NCBI GenBank assembly: GCA_025700225.1
Contig: GCA_025700225.1_4339.1
Source: a phage
Direction: 5' to 3' (one strand)
DNA length: 44,937 nt
Shown here piece after piece: positions 43,024-44,937 of the stretch. Below the pieces are notes generated by a model. The model had not been told where the DNA came from. It made no database searches and saw only the letters and a program-made list of their open reading frames with translations. Position 1 is the first letter of the stretch. Every line of letters begins with the position of its first letter. A program made the position numbers and the translations under genes.

Positions 43024-43135
43024 CTCTTACTCTCCAATCAGTTGTATAGGCCGTGTCGCGGTGCTCTTTTACCATCTCCGCCATAATGGTCGTTAGCTAC
43101 GGGAATGGCCCAGGTGTTAGGGATGATTAGTAGTC

Positions 43136-43294
43136 TCATTTGAAGAAACCATCCTTGACAAGCTGACGGTATAGTTTAGCTGCGTAACGCTCTGCCTGGC
43201 CTTTGCGCCGAAACATTTTTCCATTAACTGAATACTTGTTCAACTCTGGCTCATAGAAAACTTGGTGGTCGATGTACTCCAGAATACTAATCAT
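43136..43294 (-). CDS. small hypothetical protein (52 aa)
   Basis: ATG preceded by GAGGAGAG; ATGA-coupled. Confidence 0.35.
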   Translation of the reverse strand: MISILEYIDHQVFYEPELNKYSVNGKMFRRKGQAERYAAKLYRQLVKDGFFK

Positions 43295-43551
43295 TCCCCA
43301 CTCTCCTCTCGTGCAATGCGTTGCTCAGTTTTTGTGATACCGCGGCGCGTGAATAACACCGGGCTTGTCTTAACGTGCGTCATAAGACGGTTGTTATAAA
43401 TTACATGGCGCTCACAGTCTACGTCTTTGCTGTACTTGCGAATCGTCATTTCGTTGATGCCGGTTTGTCGGCATGTCTCCGCCATCGTGCCGTATTCTTT
43501 AATCAGGTTCGGAATGCTGGTAATCATCCTAAGAAACTCCGCGTCGTCCAC
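43291..43551 (-). CDS. HTH-containing hypothetical protein
   Basis: GTMAETCRQTGINEMTIRKYSK is HTH-like; start could be ATG at 43527. Confidence 0.5.
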   Translation of the reverse strand: MDDAEFLRMITSIPNLIKEYGTMAETCRQTGINEMTIRKYSKDVDCERHVIYNNRLMTHVKTSPVLFTRRGITKTEQRIAREESGE

Positions 43552-43696
43552 ATTGCATTCGGGTATTTATTATCCCGGTCCTGTACCACGGCAATCATGT
43601 TACCACGCTGCACAAGGCAGAAGTGTCGTTGTTGCTCACCGTTGTAGCGACGCCAGATTGCTTCTTCGATTGCTGCGTTGATGTCACTGAACATAC

Positions 43697-43897
43697 TCAC
43701 CCCACTATCTCGTCACCAAGCCACGCCGTCTCTCGTATATCGTCTACCACGCAAGCGGCGTGCTCACGGCTAATTGCAAAAATGTAGAAACTGAACTTCT
43801 TCCCGTCGGCGTCGATGTGGTTAACCGAGTAAGGTTTCCACAGGACGCCATCGATAACTACTGGCTTAGGCGCTTTCATCTTCTGGCCCGACGACAT
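43697..43897 (-). CDS. hypothetical protein
   Basis: 66-aa ORF. Confidence 0.45.
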   Translation of the reverse strand: MSSGQKMKAPKPVVIDGVLWKPYSVNHIDADGKKFSFYIFAISREHAACVVDDIRETAWLGDEIVG

Positions 43898-44165
43898 TGT
43901 CGTACAGCGGGACTATCACATCAGCCCCGTTCTTTAAGGCCGCGTTCGCCGTGTTGTAGTAAGCCAGGGACGACTCACTCTCGCCAACAAATAACCCAGC
44001 GTACACGTTCGGCTCTTGTTTCATAATGCTGAGAAGAACCTTAAATGCGGCTAACTGGTACTCACCGTTGATAGACAGTTGCCCGCCTAACGTCTGTTTC
44101 TCCGACTCAAGCACCAGGATACGGCGCTCGAGTGATGCGATTGTGATTTTAGGCATTGGTGTCAC
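43866..44165 (-). CDS. hypothetical protein
   Basis: track ORF of 99 aa (GTG start); ATG at 44156 with AGGTGA is an alternative. Confidence 0.5.
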   Translation of the reverse strand: MTPMPKITIASLERRILVLESEKQTLGGQLSINGEYQLAAFKVLLSIMKQEPNVYAGLFVGESESSLAYYNTANAALKNGADVIVPLYDNVVGPEDESA

Positions 44166-44334
44166 CTTTGTTCAGGTTGAAGCGGTTAATCAGTTCACGG
44201 CGCGTCTCGTAAAGCGACTCCACCATTTGCTCAGCTACTGCGATTTTGGTGTTCAGGACGTGCATAACGTGGCTGATATCTACGCCGCTGTTAACAGCCT
44301 CTACCATCATCTTCTCATATTCACGGTCAGTCAT
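44149..44334 (-). CDS. hypothetical protein
   Basis: 61-aa ORF. Confidence 0.5.
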   Translation of the reverse strand: MTDREYEKMMVEAVNSGVDISHVMHVLNTKIAVAEQMVESLYETRRELINRFNLNKGDTNA

Positions 44335-44488
44335 TTTTACGCTCTCCCCATATGCGATTGAGATACTTGTTCTTGTCTGGCCCCGGGAAACTGTTACGTT
44401 TCATCAGTTCCTCGCGTGTCGGGAACGTGGTGTGACTTACTTTACGGCCTACACGTAACGGTTGGCTTACTTCACCATGTTCGCTCAT
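44327..44488 (-). CDS. small hypothetical protein (53 aa)
   Basis: ATG preceded by AGGAGAGAAG; overlaps both neighbours. Confidence 0.35.
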   Translation of the reverse strand: MSEHGEVSQPLRVGRKVSHTTFPTREELMKRNSFPGPDKNKYLNRIWGERKND

Positions 44489-44640
44489 TTCTTCTCTCCT
44501 GCATAAGCTGCTTTCAGTGTCTGCATCGCGGCGAACCAGAACGCGTCCGCGGGTACAGTAGTGCTCAGGTTACTAACGGCAATACGTGCCATCAGTTGTG
44601 CGTCTTCGAATGCTTCGGTATCTGTGATTTTCATTTTCAT
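44485..44640 (-). CDS. small hypothetical protein (51 aa)
   Basis: TAATG-coupled to the upstream gene and ATGA-coupled to the downstream gene. Confidence 0.35.
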   Translation of the reverse strand: MKMKITDTEAFEDAQLMARIAVSNLSTTVPADAFWFAAMQTLKAAYAGEKK

Positions 44641-44852
44641 TATCCTGCGTTGAAAGAGCCAAGTACAATGCCACTTTCTTTTGGTTTCTTGATTTCGGTA
44701 ACTTTTACGTTATCGTCGAAGTTATTCATGGTTGTTGGGTCGTCCTTAGCGCGAACTAAGCTCAATGCTTCTTCCGGGGACTTAGCCCACACCACAAAAG
44801 AATCGTATTGGTCATAATCACACCAGTCGGCTTCTACCAAATATAATTTCAT
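44640..44852 (-). CDS. hypothetical early protein
   Basis: 70 aa; first gene downstream of the promoter at 44887-44916. Confidence 0.5.
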   Translation of the reverse strand: MKLYLVEADWCDYDQYDSFVVWAKSPEEALSLVRAKDDPTTMNNFDDNVKVTEIKKPKESGIVLGSFNAG

Positions 44853-44886
44853 TTCTCTCTACTCCGTTCTCGTTGTCGATGGAGTA

Positions 44887-44916
44887 AATATAATAGGGTC
44901 TAAGGTAATAGTCAAC
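44887..44916 (-). promoter_or_regulatory. sigma70-like promoter with TAATAG repeats, reading leftward
   Basis: on minus strand TTGACT-N18-TATATT; contains two TAATAG half-sites; about 30 nt upstream of the gene at 44852. Confidence 0.5.
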
Positions 44917-44937
44917 TAGTCATTGCAGAAAATAGAT

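Noticed and set aside
1-44937. CRISPR array, rRNA, tRNA, integrase/attachment site, transposase
   Set aside because: No regularly spaced direct repeats, no rRNA-like or tRNA-like sequence and no recombinase or transposase-like ORF were found; only the XRE regulator hints at any lysogeny-like control.

Overview
The window reads as a near-complete ~45 kb genome segment of a tailed dsDNA phage (siphovirus-like, probably enterobacterial, judging from sigma70-type promoters and lambda-like tail gene order). No integrase, tRNA, rRNA or CRISPR array was found. All calls rest on reading the sequence and ORF translations by eye; no database search or fold prediction was run. Layout: (i) a leftward (minus-strand) arm at 357-4662 with small early genes ending in a lysis cassette (two holin-like proteins plus a GH24 endolysin); (ii) a divergent control region at 4663-5138; (iii) a rightward (plus-strand) replication module at 5139-17964 (HTH regulator, primase/helicase, Cas4-like nuclease, SSB-like protein, family A DNA polymerase, VRR-NUC nuclease, a minimal C5-methyltransferase-like protein, SNF2 helicase); (iv) a long leftward virion operon at 17996-42717 (small and large terminase, portal, Mu F-like head protein, scaffold, major capsid, connector proteins, major tail protein, chaperones G/T, tape measure, tail tip proteins, tail fibre); (v) leftward small early genes at 42802-44852. 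The strongest candidate for an undescribed system is a four-gene plus-strand island (27868-30516) inserted between the major tail protein and tail chaperone genes: a secreted protein, a metallophosphoesterase, a T4 Pnk-like HAD phosphatase and a dNMP-kinase-like P-loop kinase, with its own promoter and terminator. Other notable signals are a ~140 bp non-coding element present twice (4893-5035 and 37311-37455) with compensatory stem substitutions, a family of at least ten promoter-like motifs carrying a palindromic operator-like core, an XRE-family regulator in a switch-like divergent arrangement, overlapping Rz/Rz1 spanin genes embedded in the head-gene block far from the holin and endolysin, and a candidate G/GT frameshift.
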